Made by a program: the position numbers and the translations under genes
Assembly: GCA_003565155.1 (NCBI GenBank)
Contig: PXDB01000086.1
Location: forward strand, 536 to 64,535
Origin: Nitriliruptoraceae bacterium
Lineage (GTDB): Bacteria > Actinomycetota > Nitriliruptoria > Nitriliruptorales > Nitriliruptoraceae
Direction of reading: 5' to 3'
Length of the DNA: 64,000 bases
Part shown: one piece after another, positions 27,298 to 37,268 of the stretch
Layout: every line of letters starts with the position of its first letter
Numbering within the stretch: position 1 is the stretch's first letter
The notes under the pieces: model-generated
Told to the model about the DNA's origin: nothing
The model's database searches: none
Seen by the model: only the letters and a program-made list of their open reading frames with translations

Positions 27298-28784
27298 AGG
27301 TGCAGCAGCAGCCGGCTGGGCTGCTCGCAGAGCTCGGCGACCTCGGTGACGAAGCGGCCCGCCTCGCCGCCGTCGCAGATGCGGTGGTCGAAGGCGAGGG
27401 TGAAACGCCCCACCCGGCGGATGCCGATCGTCTCCTGCCCGTCGGCGTCGGCGACCACCCACGGTCGCGGCCGGATGGCGCCGACACCCAGGATCGCGCC
27501 CTCCGGGTGGTTGATGATGGGGTCACCGTCGTCGTTGCCGAAGGCGCCGTAGTTGTTGACGGTGAAGGTCCCGCCCGTCAGCTCGCCCGGTGTGAGCGTG
27601 CCCGTGCGGGCGGCCTCGGCGAGCCGTGCGAGCTCCAACGCCAGCTCCAGGGTGGAGCGGGTGTGGGCGTCCTTGATGTTGGGGACCACCAGCCCTCGGT
27701 CGGTGTCGGCGGCGACGCCGAGGTGGATGTGCTCGAGGAGGTGGATCTCGCCGGCCTCGCGGTCGATGCGGGCGTTGAGGGTCGGGAACCGGCGGAGGGC
27801 CAGGACCGCGGCGCGCAGGATCAGGGCGAAGGGGGTGACCCTGACCTCGAAGCCCTGCTCCCTGGCCAGCGCGGTCAGCTCGTCGCGCAGGCCCCACAGG
27901 GCGGTGAGGTCGGCGTCGCGGGAGCAGGAGGCCGCGGGGATCTCCCGGCGGGAGGTTGCCATCTTCTCCACGATGCGCTTGCGCACCCCGCGGATGGCCT
28001 CCACCTCGCCGGGACGGCGCCCCCGGAAGCCGGGGACGGGCTTCTCGCCCGGGCTCGGCGCGTGCAGTGCCGGCACGGTGGCCGGTGACGCGTCGCCGAC
28101 CGTCGGCTCCGGGGCGGGTGATGGCGCGGCGGCGGACTCCCGCACCGCGTCGTCGCTGGGAGGCTGCGCCGCGGCCGCGGCGGCCTCCACCTCGGCGCGG
28201 GTGATGCTGCCCTCCGGCCCGCTGCCCGGTGCCAGCGCTGCCAGATCGACACCGAGGTCCTTCGCGAGCTTGCGGACCGGTGGCTTGGCGAGCGGCTTCG
28301 CCGCGGGAGCGGTGGTGGGGGTGTCCTCTGCCGCCGGCTGGCCCTGTCCACGCCGGCGTCGGCGCGTGCCGGCCGCGGCCTGTCCGTAGCCGACCAGGGG
28401 TTGGGGTTCCTCGTCGGCGTCGAGCGCGCTGGCCGGCGCCGCCGCGGGCGAGGCGTCGGTAGGGGTCTCGGCGCCGACCGGCGTCGCGGCGTCGGTCGCG
28501 TCGGACGCCGCGACGTCACCACCGGTCGGGGGCGTGACCGCACCGACCTCGATGCGCACCAGGACCGTGCCCACCGCGACGGTGTCACCCACCTCCCCGA
28601 GCCGTTCCACGATCCGTCCCGCAAAGGGCGAGGGCACGTCCACGGCGGCCTTGGCGGTCTCCACCTCGACGATTCGATCGTTGAGGGCCACCTCGTCGCC
28701 CACCTCGACGTGCCAGCGGACCAGCTCGCCGTCCTCCAGCCCCTCGCCGAGGTCGGGGAGGGTGAACTCCCGGATCTCGCTCAC
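27294..28784 (-). CDS. dihydrolipoamide acyltransferase (E2) of a 2-oxoacid dehydrogenase complex, probably branched-chain
   Basis: Lipoyl domain VETAKAAVDVPSP, an Ala/Pro linker, a peripheral-subunit-binding segment, and catalytic DHRICDGGEAG. Confidence 0.9.
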   Translation of the reverse strand: MSEIREFTLPDLGEGLEDGELVRWHVEVGDEVALNDRIVEVETAKAAVDVPSPFAGRIVERLGEVGDTVAVGTVLVRIEVGAVTPPTGGDVAASDATDAATPVGAETPTDASPAAAPASALDADEEPQPLVGYGQAAAGTRRRRRGQGQPAAEDTPTTAPAAKPLAKPPVRKLAKDLGVDLAALAPGSGPEGSITRAEVEAAAAAAQPPSDDAVRESAAAPSPAPEPTVGDASPATVPALHAPSPGEKPVPGFRGRRPGEVEAIRGVRKRIVEKMATSRREIPAASCSRDADLTALWGLRDELTALAREQGFEVRVTPFALILRAAVLALRRFPTLNARIDREAGEIHLLEHIHLGVAADTDRGLVVPNIKDAHTRSTLELALELARLAEAARTGTLTPGELTGGTFTVNNYGAFGNDDGDPIINHPEGAILGVGAIRPRPWVVADADGQETIGIRRVGRFTLAFDHRICDGGEAGRFVTEVAELCEQPSRLLLHL

Positions 28785-28867
28785 GTGCCCTCCTCGGTCG
28801 CTCGGTTGGTCGGGCCGCTCGGTCCGTCAGCCGCGGGGGTCTCGGGGCGCCGGCGCGGTCGCCCGGT

Positions 28868-29839
28868 TCAGTAGGCGAGGCTGCGCTCGACCAGGTCCAG
28901 GATCCGGTCGACGTCCGGCAGCCAGTAGCCCTCCAGCTTGGCCGGCGGGTACGGCGTGTCGAAGCCGGTGGCCCGCAGCACCGGCGCCTCCAGGTGGTAG
29001 AAGGCCGCCTCCTGCACCCGTGCTGCCACCTCGGCGCCCATCCCGAGGGTGCGTGAGGCCTCGTGGACCACCACGGCGCGCCCCGTGCGCTGCACGGACG
29101 CCACGATCGAACCGGTGTCCATCGGTGACAGCGAGCGGAGGTCCAGCACCTCCAGGGACCAGCCCTCCTGCTCGGCGGCCTCGGCGGCCTCCAGCGCCGT
29201 GCGCACCATCGGCCCGTAGCAGACGATGGTCACGTCCTCTCCCGGCCGGCGGACCACCGCTTCGGTGTGGGGTGGGGCGGTGGCGGGAAGCTCGATGTCG
29301 GCCTTCATCCAGTACCGGCGTTTGGGCTCGAGCAGGATCACGGGGTCGTCGCTGGCGATGGCCTCGCGGGTCAGGGCGTAGCCGTCCTCCGGGGTGCCGG
29401 GGGTGACCACGGTCAGGCCGGCGGTGTGGACCCAGTAGGTCTCGGGGGACTCCGAGTGGTGCTCGACCGCGCCGATGCCGCCGCCGTAGGGGATGCGCAC
29501 GGTGACCGGCAGGCGCAGCGTCCCGCGCGAACGGTTGCGTAGCTTGGCGAGGTGGCTGACGAGCTGCTCGAAGGCGGGGTAGCTGAACCCGTCGAACTGC
29601 ATCTCGGGCACGGGGCGGTAGCCGTACATCGCCAACCCGATGGCGGTGCCGATGATGCCCGACTCCGCGAGGGGGGTGTCGAAGCAACGCTCCCTCCCGA
29701 AACGCGTCTGGAGACCATCGGTGACGCGGAACACGCCACCGAGCTTGCCGACGTCCTCCCCGAACACCAGCACGCGGTCGTCGTCGGCCATGGCGTCGGT
29801 GAGCGCGCGGTTGATGGCCTGCGCGAGGGTGACGGTCAT
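28868..29839 (-). CDS. 2-oxoacid dehydrogenase E1 component beta subunit
   Basis: Transketolase-like pyrimidine-binding and C-terminal domains (FDTPLAESGIIGTAIG, VVTPGTPEDGY). Overlaps the E1 alpha stop. Confidence 0.9.
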   Translation of the reverse strand: MTVTLAQAINRALTDAMADDDRVLVFGEDVGKLGGVFRVTDGLQTRFGRERCFDTPLAESGIIGTAIGLAMYGYRPVPEMQFDGFSYPAFEQLVSHLAKLRNRSRGTLRLPVTVRIPYGGGIGAVEHHSESPETYWVHTAGLTVVTPGTPEDGYALTREAIASDDPVILLEPKRRYWMKADIELPATAPPHTEAVVRRPGEDVTIVCYGPMVRTALEAAEAAEQEGWSLEVLDLRSLSPMDTGSIVASVQRTGRAVVVHEASRTLGMGAEVAARVQEAAFYHLEAPVLRATGFDTPYPPAKLEGYWLPDVDRILDLVERSLAY

Positions 29840-31011
29840 GCGTCACCCCCTGCGCCCGGTGCCGGGCCGGGGCCATCGTCGCCCTCCTGCCCTGCCACCC
29901 GGGCGGCCAGCTCGGCGCGCAGTTCCTCGCGCTGGGCGGCGAGGTCTGCACGATCAGCGAGGGTGACGTGGTCGAACAGCTCCAGCGGGTCGCCGTGCGG
30001 GGCGTCGTAGATCGCATCGCGGACCGCCCGCGCCCGCTCGTCCGCCTCCTGCTCGAAGCCGGCCTCCGTGGCGTCGTCCAGCAGGTCCCTCTGCCGCAGG
30101 TGGTTGCGCATCCGGGCGATCGGATCGGTGCGTGCCGCCGCCTCGAGCTCCTCCTGGGTGCGGTAGCGGGTGGGGTCGTCGGAGGTTGTGTGGGCCTCCA
30201 TCCGGTAGGTGAGCGCCTCGATCAGCGCGGGGCCGTGTCCGGCCCGGGCGTCCTCCACCGCACGCCGGGTGACGGCGAAGGTGGCCAGCGGGTCGTTGCC
30301 GTCGCAGCGGTAGCCGGGCAGCCCGTAGCCGACGGCCTTGTGGGCCAGGGTGGGGGCCGCCGTCTGCTGGTCGAGGGGCACGGAGATCGCGTACTGGTTG
30401 TTCTGGACGAAGAACACCACCGGGGCCCGCAGGACACCGGCGAAGGTCATCGCCTCGTGGGGATCGCCCTCGGAGGTGCCGCCGTCCCCGAAGTACACGA
30501 TGGTCACCAGCGGGTTGGCGTCCAAGCGCGCCCCCATCGCGAAACCGGTGGCGTGCAGGGCCTGGGTGCCGATGGGGATCGACAGCAGCGCGAAACGGTG
30601 CTCGTAGGGATCGTGGTTCGACAGCCAGGTACCCCGGAAGAGGTGGAGGAGGTCGGCGGGGTCCACCTCGCGTACGACGGCCGCGCCGAGCTCGCGGTAG
30701 GAGGGGAAGACCCAGTCCTGCGCATCCAGCGCCCACGCGGAGGCGACCTGGGCGGCCTCCTGGCCGAGGCACGAGGCGTACACCCCGAGCTGGCCCTGGC
30801 GCTGGAGGTTGATGGCCTCCCGGTCCACCCGTCGGGTGATGACCATGGCCCGGTGGATGGCGACGAGCTCCGCATCGCTGAGCGCGACGGGGTACGCCGC
30901 ATCGGCATGGAAGGTGCCGTCGGGCGAGAGGAGACGAACCGGCTCGTCAGGGGGCAGCAGGCTGGCCGGATCGCGCGCATCCGCGGCCGGTGCGGTCACG
31001 TCCTCACCCAC
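29836..31011 (-). CDS. 2-oxoacid dehydrogenase E1 component alpha subunit (TPP-dependent)
   Basis: TPP motif YFGDGGTSEGDPHEAMTFAGV...FFVQNNQYAIS. GTG 31011 has GGGAGGAGG upstream. Confidence 0.85.
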   Translation of the reverse strand: MGEDVTAPAADARDPASLLPPDEPVRLLSPDGTFHADAAYPVALSDAELVAIHRAMVITRRVDREAINLQRQGQLGVYASCLGQEAAQVASAWALDAQDWVFPSYRELGAAVVREVDPADLLHLFRGTWLSNHDPYEHRFALLSIPIGTQALHATGFAMGARLDANPLVTIVYFGDGGTSEGDPHEAMTFAGVLRAPVVFFVQNNQYAISVPLDQQTAAPTLAHKAVGYGLPGYRCDGNDPLATFAVTRRAVEDARAGHGPALIEALTYRMEAHTTSDDPTRYRTQEELEAAARTDPIARMRNHLRQRDLLDDATEAGFEQEADERARAVRDAIYDAPHGDPLELFDHVTLADRADLAAQREELRAELAARVAGQEGDDGPGPAPGAGGDA

Positions 31012-31205
31012 GTGGCCTCCTCCCGATCGGACCTTCCGCCCGGTCACCGTGCGCGGCGACCCGACCCCGATCACGGCCGGATCCGCGTCGACCCGGCCGG
31101 TCCGTCACGACCCTAACGCGTGGCACGACTGCTGCGCGAGCCCCTTCCGAACCGTCGCACCGCTGTGGCTAGAGTGCAGGACAGGCGAGCGAGGAGAGGC
31201 AGGGC

Positions 31206-31616
31206 ATGAAGATCGTGGCGGGGTTCCTCAGGTCCCCCGAGGGCCGGGCAGCACTCAACCGCGCGTTGCAGGAGGCGGAGCTGCGTGACGGGGAGCTGCT
31301 GGTCGTGCACTCGATGCGGGGCGGTGAACGCGACGAGCTCGAGCAGGTGATGAGCTACCGCGAGGAGTTCGAGCAGCTCGAGCGCAAGCTGAAGGAGTCC
31401 CCCGCGCGCTACCAGCTGATCGAGTACGCCCGTGGCAACGCCCCCGCCGAGGACCTCCTCCAGGCGTCCAAGGACGAGGACGCCGACATGATCGTCATCG
31501 GCATCCGGCGCCGCTCCCCCGTCGGCAAGCTCATCCTCGGTTCCAACGCCCAGGACATCCTGCTCCATGCCGACTGCGCCGTGCTGGCGGTCAAGGCGGC
31601 ACCTGAGGACGAGTGA
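31206..31616 (+). CDS. universal stress protein family
   Basis: 136 aa. MIVIGIRRRSPVGKLILGSNAQDILLHADCAVLAV is the UspA C-terminal ATP-binding pattern. Confidence 0.8.
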   Translation: MKIVAGFLRSPEGRAALNRALQEAELRDGELLVVHSMRGGERDELEQVMSYREEFEQLERKLKESPARYQLIEYARGNAPAEDLLQASKDEDADMIVIGIRRRSPVGKLILGSNAQDILLHADCAVLAVKAAPEDE

Positions 31617-31637
31617 CCGCCGTGCGGTGGCCTCGAC

Positions 31638-31668
31638 GGGAACGCAGCGGGAACGCAGCGGGAGCAGC
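31638..31668. repeat. 11-bp tandem repeat x2.8
   Basis: gggaacgcagc, gggaacgcagc, gggagcagc, in the usp/fabI convergent spacer. Confidence 0.8.
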
Positions 31669-31678
31669 CACCGAGGTG

Positions 31679-31702
31679 GCGGGCACCCCTCGTGGTGCCC
31701 GC
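31679..31702. terminator. hairpin between convergent usp and fabI
   Basis: gcgggcacc-cctcgt-ggtgcccgc. Perfect 9-bp stem. Confidence 0.5.
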
Positions 31703-31754
31703 ACGACCGGCTGACAGGTCGCCCGCAGCCGATCGTCCGGGCAGCTCGGTCCTG

Positions 31755-32582
31755 CTACGCCCCCTGCGACCCGGCCGTGTCGGGACCGGCGCCCTCCGCC
31801 GCGACGGGCGCGACCGGGCCACCCATGGCGTGCACCCCTCCGTCGACGTGGACGATCTCGCCGGTGATCGCCGGCGTCCAGTCCGACAGCAGCGCGCACA
31901 CCGCCCGACCGACGGGCTCCGGGTCCCGGGTCTCCCAGCCCAGCGGCGCGCGTTCGCTCCACAGGTGCTCGAAGGCGCCGATGGTGCCGATCGAGCGCGC
32001 CGCCATCGTGTGCAGCGGCCCGGCGGCCACCAGGTTGGCGCGGATCCCCTTCGGTCCGAGGTCCCGGGCGAGGTAGCGGTTCGCCGACTCGAGCCCGGCC
32101 TTGGCGACGCCCATCCAGTCGTAGCCCGGCCAGGCGACCTGGGCGTCGAAGTCCAGGCCGACCACCGCACCGGGGCCCACTGCGAGCAGGTCCTGCAGTT
32201 CCGCGGCCAGGGCCACGTAGGAGTAGGTGGACACCTGGAAGGCGGTGCTCACGTCCTCCCAGGGGGCGGTCAGGAACCCGCCGTCGAGGCAGGAGCCGGG
32301 GGCGAAACCGATGGCGTGCAGGAGCCCGTCGAGCCGTCCCCAGCGTGCCTCGAGATCGGCCCGCACCGCCGCGAGGTGCTCCGGCTGGGTCACGTCGAGC
32401 TCCAGCACGTCGGGCTTGGGGTCCAGCCGGGCGGCGGCACGCTCGGTCAGGCGGATCCCGCGTCCGAACCCGGTCAGGACGAGCTCCGCCCCCTGTTCCT
32501 GGGCGACCTTGGCCGCGAAGAAGGCGATGGAGCGCGGGTCCAGGACGCCGGTGATCAGCAGCTTCTTGTCCGCGAGCAGCAC
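31755..32582 (-). CDS. fabI: enoyl-ACP reductase (NADH), FabI/InhA type
   Basis: KKLLITGV..SIAF, and the YDWMGVAKAGLES Tyr-x6-Lys active site. GTG 32582 has AGGAG upstream. Confidence 0.85.
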   Translation of the reverse strand: MLLADKKLLITGVLDPRSIAFFAAKVAQEQGAELVLTGFGRGIRLTERAAARLDPKPDVLELDVTQPEHLAAVRADLEARWGRLDGLLHAIGFAPGSCLDGGFLTAPWEDVSTAFQVSTYSYVALAAELQDLLAVGPGAVVGLDFDAQVAWPGYDWMGVAKAGLESANRYLARDLGPKGIRANLVAAGPLHTMAARSIGTIGAFEHLWSERAPLGWETRDPEPVGRAVCALLSDWTPAITGEIVHVDGGVHAMGGPVAPVAAEGAGPDTAGSQGA

Positions 32583-32591
32583 GATGGACTC

Positions 32592-33059
32592 CTAGGAGGT
32601 GGTGGGAACGGTGCCGGAAGGGTGTGCGGTGTCGGCGGGTGTGCCGGTGGCCGTCGCGGTGCGGTCGTCGGTGCGGGTGTCGTCGGTGCGGGTGTCGTCG
32701 CTCCTGACACCGACGACGACGGCCATCGCCATCCCGGCGTCGTGGGACAGCGAACAGCTCAGACCCGCCGGTGTGCCGTGGAGGAACAGCTGCGGTGCGC
32801 CGCTCTCCGCCGTGCGGACCTCGACGGCGTGGAAGGGCAGGCGGAGATCCCCCAGCGCCTTGCGGGTGGCCTCCTTGGCGGCGAAACGCGCGGCGAGCCG
32901 GGCGCGCTCCACCTCGGAGCCCGCCCTGGCACCGCCCCGCAGCGCGTCGGCGCGCTCGCGCGGGGTGAACACCCGGTCAGCGAGACCCGGGCGACGGTCG
33001 ATGGCGGCGGACAGCCGGTCGATGTCGACCAGGTCGCAGCCGGTGAGCAGCGCCGTCAC
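32592..33059 (-). CDS. acpS: holo-ACP synthase (4'-phosphopantetheinyl transferase) with a repeat-containing C-terminal tail
   Basis: GCDLVDIDRL, FAAKEATRKAL and SLSHDAGMAMAVV. The GTG overlaps the plsC stop (GTGA). The tail is TDDTRTDDTRTDD. Confidence 0.8.
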   Translation of the reverse strand: MTALLTGCDLVDIDRLSAAIDRRPGLADRVFTPRERADALRGGARAGSEVERARLAARFAAKEATRKALGDLRLPFHAVEVRTAESGAPQLFLHGTPAGLSCSLSHDAGMAMAVVVGVRSDDTRTDDTRTDDRTATATGTPADTAHPSGTVPTTS

Positions 33060-33808
33060 TGGCCCACCTCCCCGCCACCGGCGGCGGAGAAGGTGGTCGC
33101 GAGCTCAGAGCGGGACAGCTCAGCGAGCTGCGCCTGGAGCTGCAGGTTGAAGGACCGACGGGCTCGGGGGATGTCCTCCGGCGGAGGGAAGGCCGGCCCG
33201 AACCGCACCGTGACCGCGCCGCCCCAGGGCCGGGGCCGGCCGTCAACGGGCCAGACGCGCTCGATGCCCTCGATGCCGGCCGGCACCACGTCCACCTCGA
33301 GCTCCGCAGCGACGCGGGCGACGCCGCTGCGCAGCCGGTGGACCCGGCTGTCACGGCTGCGGGAGCCCTCGGGGTAGACCACCACGCAGTGGCCGTCGCC
33401 GAGCAGGGCACGGACCACGTCGAGGGCGGCGGCGTCCGCCTCCCCCCGACGCAGCGGCACCATCCCGAGCTTCGGGAGCTGTGGCCCGATGATCGGCGCG
33501 CGCGTGAGCTTCAGATCGCCGAGGAAGTGCACCGGCCGGCGCACCGCCAGCGCCAGCGCCACGGAGTCCGCGTGGGAGCGGTGCGAAGAGGCCAGCAGCA
33601 CCGGTCCCTCCTCGGGTACGTGTTCCGCGCCGTGGGAGCGCACCCGCAGCCAGCTGCGCAGGATCGGGCGCAGCACCAGCCGCCGCGGCGAGCGCGGCCC
33701 CGGCACCGAGGTGGTGGGCACCACCTCGCCGTCGCCGCCCTCGGCCGCACGCCCGTGGGCTGCACCCCCCTCGGGGCCGTCGGCGGCCGGTTCGTCGGGA
33801 CGGCTCAC
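33056..33808 (-). CDS. plsC: 1-acyl-sn-glycerol-3-phosphate acyltransferase family protein
   Basis: HX4D motif SSHRSHADS, and VVYPEGSRS. Embedded in the fab operon with overlaps at both ends. Confidence 0.75.
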   Translation of the reverse strand: MSRPDEPAADGPEGGAAHGRAAEGGDGEVVPTTSVPGPRSPRRLVLRPILRSWLRVRSHGAEHVPEEGPVLLASSHRSHADSVALALAVRRPVHFLGDLKLTRAPIIGPQLPKLGMVPLRRGEADAAALDVVRALLGDGHCVVVYPEGSRSRDSRVHRLRSGVARVAAELEVDVVPAGIEGIERVWPVDGRPRPWGGAVTVRFGPAFPPPEDIPRARRSFNLQLQAQLAELSRSELATTFSAAGGGEVGQ

Positions 33809-35052
33809 GCGGGCGTGAAGACCAGGGCGGCGTTCTGGCCGCCGAAGCCCATCGACGCGGAGAGGACGGCCTCCAAGGACACCTCGCGAGGCGCACCGGT
33901 GACCACGTCGAGGTCGATCTCCGGGTCCTGCTCGACCAGGTTGGCCGTCGGCGGGACGAGCCCCTCCCGCAGGGCCTGGATGGCGAAGATCGCCTCGATC
34001 GCGCCGGCTGCACCGAGGGTGTGGCCGGTGACCCCCTTGGTGGAGCTGACCACGAGGTCATCGGTGTGGTCACCGAACACCGCGCGCAGCGCCCGAGCCT
34101 CGGCCGCGTCGTTGAGCGGCGTGGAGGTGCCGTGGGCGTTGTGGTGGCCGATCCTCTCGGGTGGCAGCCCGGCGTCCTCCACCGCCCGTCGCAGCGCGAG
34201 GATCGCGCCGCCGCCGTCCTCGGGGGGTGCGGTGGCATGGTGGGCGTCCGCGGAGGCACCCGCCCCGGCGAGCACCGCCAGCGGGGTGGCGCCGCGGGCG
34301 GCGGCGTGCTCGGCGGTCTCGAGGACCAGCACCCCGGCGGCCTCGCCGATCACGAACCCGTCCCTTCCCACGTCGAAGGGCCGCGAGGCGGTGGCGGCGT
34401 CGGGGTTCTTGGTGAGCGCCCCCATCTGGGCGAAGGCGCTGACCGACAGGCCGGTCACGCCGGCCTCGACCCCTCCGGCGAGCACCACGTCGGCGGCACC
34501 GGCCCGCAGCAGGTCACGTCCGAGGTGGAGCGCGGAGGCGCCGGCGGCGCAGGCGGTGTTGACCGTCATGTTCGGCCCACGCGCGTGGGTGCGGATCGCG
34601 ATGGTCCCTGCGGCGGTGTTGGAGAGCATCTTCGGCACGAACATGGGGCTGACCCGTCCGGGGCCCTTGTCGAGGTAGCGGGGGTACTCATCCTCCCAGG
34701 TCTCGGCGCCGCCGATGCCGGAGCCGAGCAGCACGCCGGTGCGGTCGGCGTCCACCTCGGTGATCGCCTCCTCGCCGTCCTCGGCCAGGCCGGCCTGGGC
34801 GATGGCCTCACGGGCCGCGATCAGCGCGAGGTGGGTGAAGCGGTCGAGGCGACGCTTCGCGCCGCGCCCGAGCTCCGCGTCCGCGTCGAACTCCGGCACC
34901 CGGCAGCTGATGGTGACGGGGGTCCCCATCTCCTCGAGCTGCGGGTCGGGTGCCGCGGCGGTGCGACCGGAGAGCACCCCGGCCCAGGCCTCCTCCACCC
35001 CACGCCCGGCCGGGCTGAGGATGCCGAGTCCCGTGACGACGACCTCGGTCAC
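33805..35052 (-). CDS. fabF: beta-ketoacyl-ACP synthase II
   Basis: NTACAAGASAL (active Cys), ADAHHATAP, and NAHGTSTPLND (His/His). Confidence 0.9.
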   Translation of the reverse strand: MTEVVVTGLGILSPAGRGVEEAWAGVLSGRTAAAPDPQLEEMGTPVTISCRVPEFDADAELGRGAKRRLDRFTHLALIAAREAIAQAGLAEDGEEAITEVDADRTGVLLGSGIGGAETWEDEYPRYLDKGPGRVSPMFVPKMLSNTAAGTIAIRTHARGPNMTVNTACAAGASALHLGRDLLRAGAADVVLAGGVEAGVTGLSVSAFAQMGALTKNPDAATASRPFDVGRDGFVIGEAAGVLVLETAEHAAARGATPLAVLAGAGASADAHHATAPPEDGGGAILALRRAVEDAGLPPERIGHHNAHGTSTPLNDAAEARALRAVFGDHTDDLVVSSTKGVTGHTLGAAGAIEAIFAIQALREGLVPPTANLVEQDPEIDLDVVTGAPREVSLEAVLSASMGFGGQNAALVFTPA

Positions 35053-35285
35053 GCCTGCTTCTCCGCGACCTTGTCCATGGCGTCCTGGACGGTGCGCACA
35101 TCCTCGAGTTCCTCGTCCTCGAGCTTGACGCCGGTCTTCTCCTCCAGCACCAGCGTCAGCTCGACGACGTCGAGGGAGTCGAGCCCGAGCGCCTCGAAGG
35201 TCGCGTCGGCCGCGATGTCCTCGGCGGGGACGCCGAACTCCTCGGTGAGGACCTCGGTGAAGGTGGCGAGCAGTTCCTGGCTCAC
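35049..35285 (-). CDS. acpP: acyl carrier protein
   Basis: 78 aa from GTG 35285 (AGGAG 7 nt upstream). LGLDSLDVVEL phosphopantetheine site. Confidence 0.85.
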   Translation of the reverse strand: MSQELLATFTEVLTEEFGVPAEDIAADATFEALGLDSLDVVELTLVLEEKTGVKLEDEELEDVRTVQDAMDKVAEKQA

Positions 35286-35413
35286 GGTGATGCTCCTGTG
35301 TGTCGGTGGCCGCGGACGCGGCCGCTGTGGGTCGTGCAGGTCGTCGGTGGTGCTGGTGGGTGCCGGTCGGTTGCGGGTGTGGCGGGTCGTGCAGTTCGTG
35401 CAGGGCTGCGCGC

Positions 35414-36160
35414 TCACATACCGGCGCCGCCGTCCACGGGCAGGACCGCTCCGGTGATGGAAGCTGCTGCCGGTGACGCGAGGAAGGCGATGGCGGCGGC
35501 GACCTCCTCGGCGGGTACGGGCTTGCCGGTGGGAGCCATCTCGGTCAGGGCCTGACGGGCCGCGTCATCGAGCTGCGCGGTCATCGCGGTCGCGACGAAG
35601 CCCGGCGCCACCACGTTGACGGTGATGGCCTTGCGGGCGACCTCGCGGGCGAGCGACTTGGAGAACCCGATCAGACCCGCCTTGGAGGCGGCGTAGGCGG
35701 TCTGGCCGGTGTTGCCGCGCAACGCCACCACGGAGGCCACGTTGATGATCCGCCCGCCGCGGTTGCGCAGCATCGGGCGCACGGCCGCCTTCGACAGCAG
35801 GAAGGCGCCCCGTAGGTTGACCTCCACGGTCCGGTCGAAGCGCTCCGCGTCGAGGCGCAGCAGCAGGTCGTCGTCGGCGATCCCGGCGTTGTTGACCACC
35901 ACGGCCAGGGACCCGAGCTCCGTGGCGCGGGCCACGGCGGCGGCGACGCTTGCCTCGTCGGTGACGTCGAGGTGGCAGGCCTCCCCGCCCGCGCCGGCGT
36001 CGGCGCCCGTTCCGTCCAGGGAGGCGGCGACCTCCTCGGCGGCGCCGGCGTTCCCGCCGTAGCCCACCAGGACGTGGTGGCCCGCTGCCGCGAGGGCCCG
36101 GCAGGTGGCGGCGCCGATGCCGCCGCTGCCCCCGCTGACGATCGCGACGCTCGTGCTCAT
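35414..36160 (-). CDS. fabG: 3-oxoacyl-ACP reductase
   Basis: SGGSGGIG, NNAG and YAASKAG SDR motifs. The start overlaps the fabH stop. Confidence 0.85.
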   Translation of the reverse strand: MSTSVAIVSGGSGGIGAATCRALAAAGHHVLVGYGGNAGAAEEVAASLDGTGADAGAGGEACHLDVTDEASVAAAVARATELGSLAVVVNNAGIADDDLLLRLDAERFDRTVEVNLRGAFLLSKAAVRPMLRNRGGRIINVASVVALRGNTGQTAYAASKAGLIGFSKSLAREVARKAITVNVVAPGFVATAMTAQLDDAARQALTEMAPTGKPVPAEEVAAAIAFLASPAAASITGAVLPVDGGAGM

Positions 36161-37167
36161 GACGCTCCCTTCCAGCTCAGCAGTCCCGCGCCCCAGGTCA
36201 GTCCTGCCCCGAAGGCGGCCAGCAGCACGGTGTCGCCGTCGTGGAGGCGCCCCTGGTCGCGGGCGTCGGCCAGCGCGAGGGGGATCGAGGCGGCCGAGGT
36301 GTTGCCGTGACGGTCCACCGACACGTGATTGCGTTCGGGGGCGAGTCCGAGCCGCGAGGCGACCGCGTCGAGGATGCGCACGTTGGCCTGGTGGCCGATG
36401 AACAGGTCGACGTCGCTCACCTTGAGGCCGGCCTGCTCCAGCACCTCGCGGGAGGCCTGGGCCATGCGCGCCACGGCGTTGCGGTAGACGTCACCGCCCC
36501 GCATCGTCAGGTAGTGGCTGCCCTCCTCGAGGACCACGGCGTCGAAGGGGCGGCGGGTGCCACCGGCGGCGGTCCAGAGCATGGAGGGCTGTGTGCCGTC
36601 CGCGCCGAGGCTGAAGGGGCCGAAACTCGCGGCGTCGTCCGGCACCAGCACCACCGCCCCGGCACCGTCGCCGAACAGCACGGCGACGCTGCGGTCGCCC
36701 GGGTCGACGATGCGGGTCAGGGTCTCCGCACCGATCACCAGGACCGCGCCGTCACCAGTGGCGGTCATGCCGGCGGCGAGCCGCAGGCCGTACAGGAAGC
36801 CGCTGCACGCGGCGTTGATGTCGAAGGCCGCGGCCTGGCTGCCGAGCCGGGCGGCGACCAGCGGCGCGGTGCCGGGCACCGTGTGGTCGGGGGTGGTGGT
36901 GGCGACCACGATGGCCGCGACGTCCGCCACCTCGAATCCGCCGTCGTCGAGGGCCGCCCGCGCCGCTGCGGCGGCGAGATCCGAGGTGGCCTCCCCCGGT
37001 GCGGCCACGTGCCGCTGACGGATGCCCGTGCGGGAGCGGATCCACTCATCGGAGGTGTCCATCACCTTGGCGAGGTCGTCGTTGGTCACCACGCGATCAG
37101 GCAGGCGCACGCCCAGGCCGGCCACGCGCACGGCTGCACCGGCGCGGGTGGGGGTCGTTGCGCTCAC
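36157..37167 (-). CDS. fabH: beta-ketoacyl-ACP synthase III
   Basis: NAACSGFLY (Cys), GHQANVRI (His), and GNTSAASIP (Asn). Confidence 0.9.
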   Translation of the reverse strand: MSATTPTRAGAAVRVAGLGVRLPDRVVTNDDLAKVMDTSDEWIRSRTGIRQRHVAAPGEATSDLAAAAARAALDDGGFEVADVAAIVVATTTPDHTVPGTAPLVAARLGSQAAAFDINAACSGFLYGLRLAAGMTATGDGAVLVIGAETLTRIVDPGDRSVAVLFGDGAGAVVLVPDDAASFGPFSLGADGTQPSMLWTAAGGTRRPFDAVVLEEGSHYLTMRGGDVYRNAVARMAQASREVLEQAGLKVSDVDLFIGHQANVRILDAVASRLGLAPERNHVSVDRHGNTSAASIPLALADARDQGRLHDGDTVLLAAFGAGLTWGAGLLSWKGAS

Positions 37168-37268
37168 GGGGGCTCCTCATCTTCGGTGGCCGGGCGGTCC
37201 GGCCCGCAGGGCGGTGCGGGGTCTACCAGCCCGCCGGCGACGGTGCGTCGCGAAGGGCCGGGCCGACG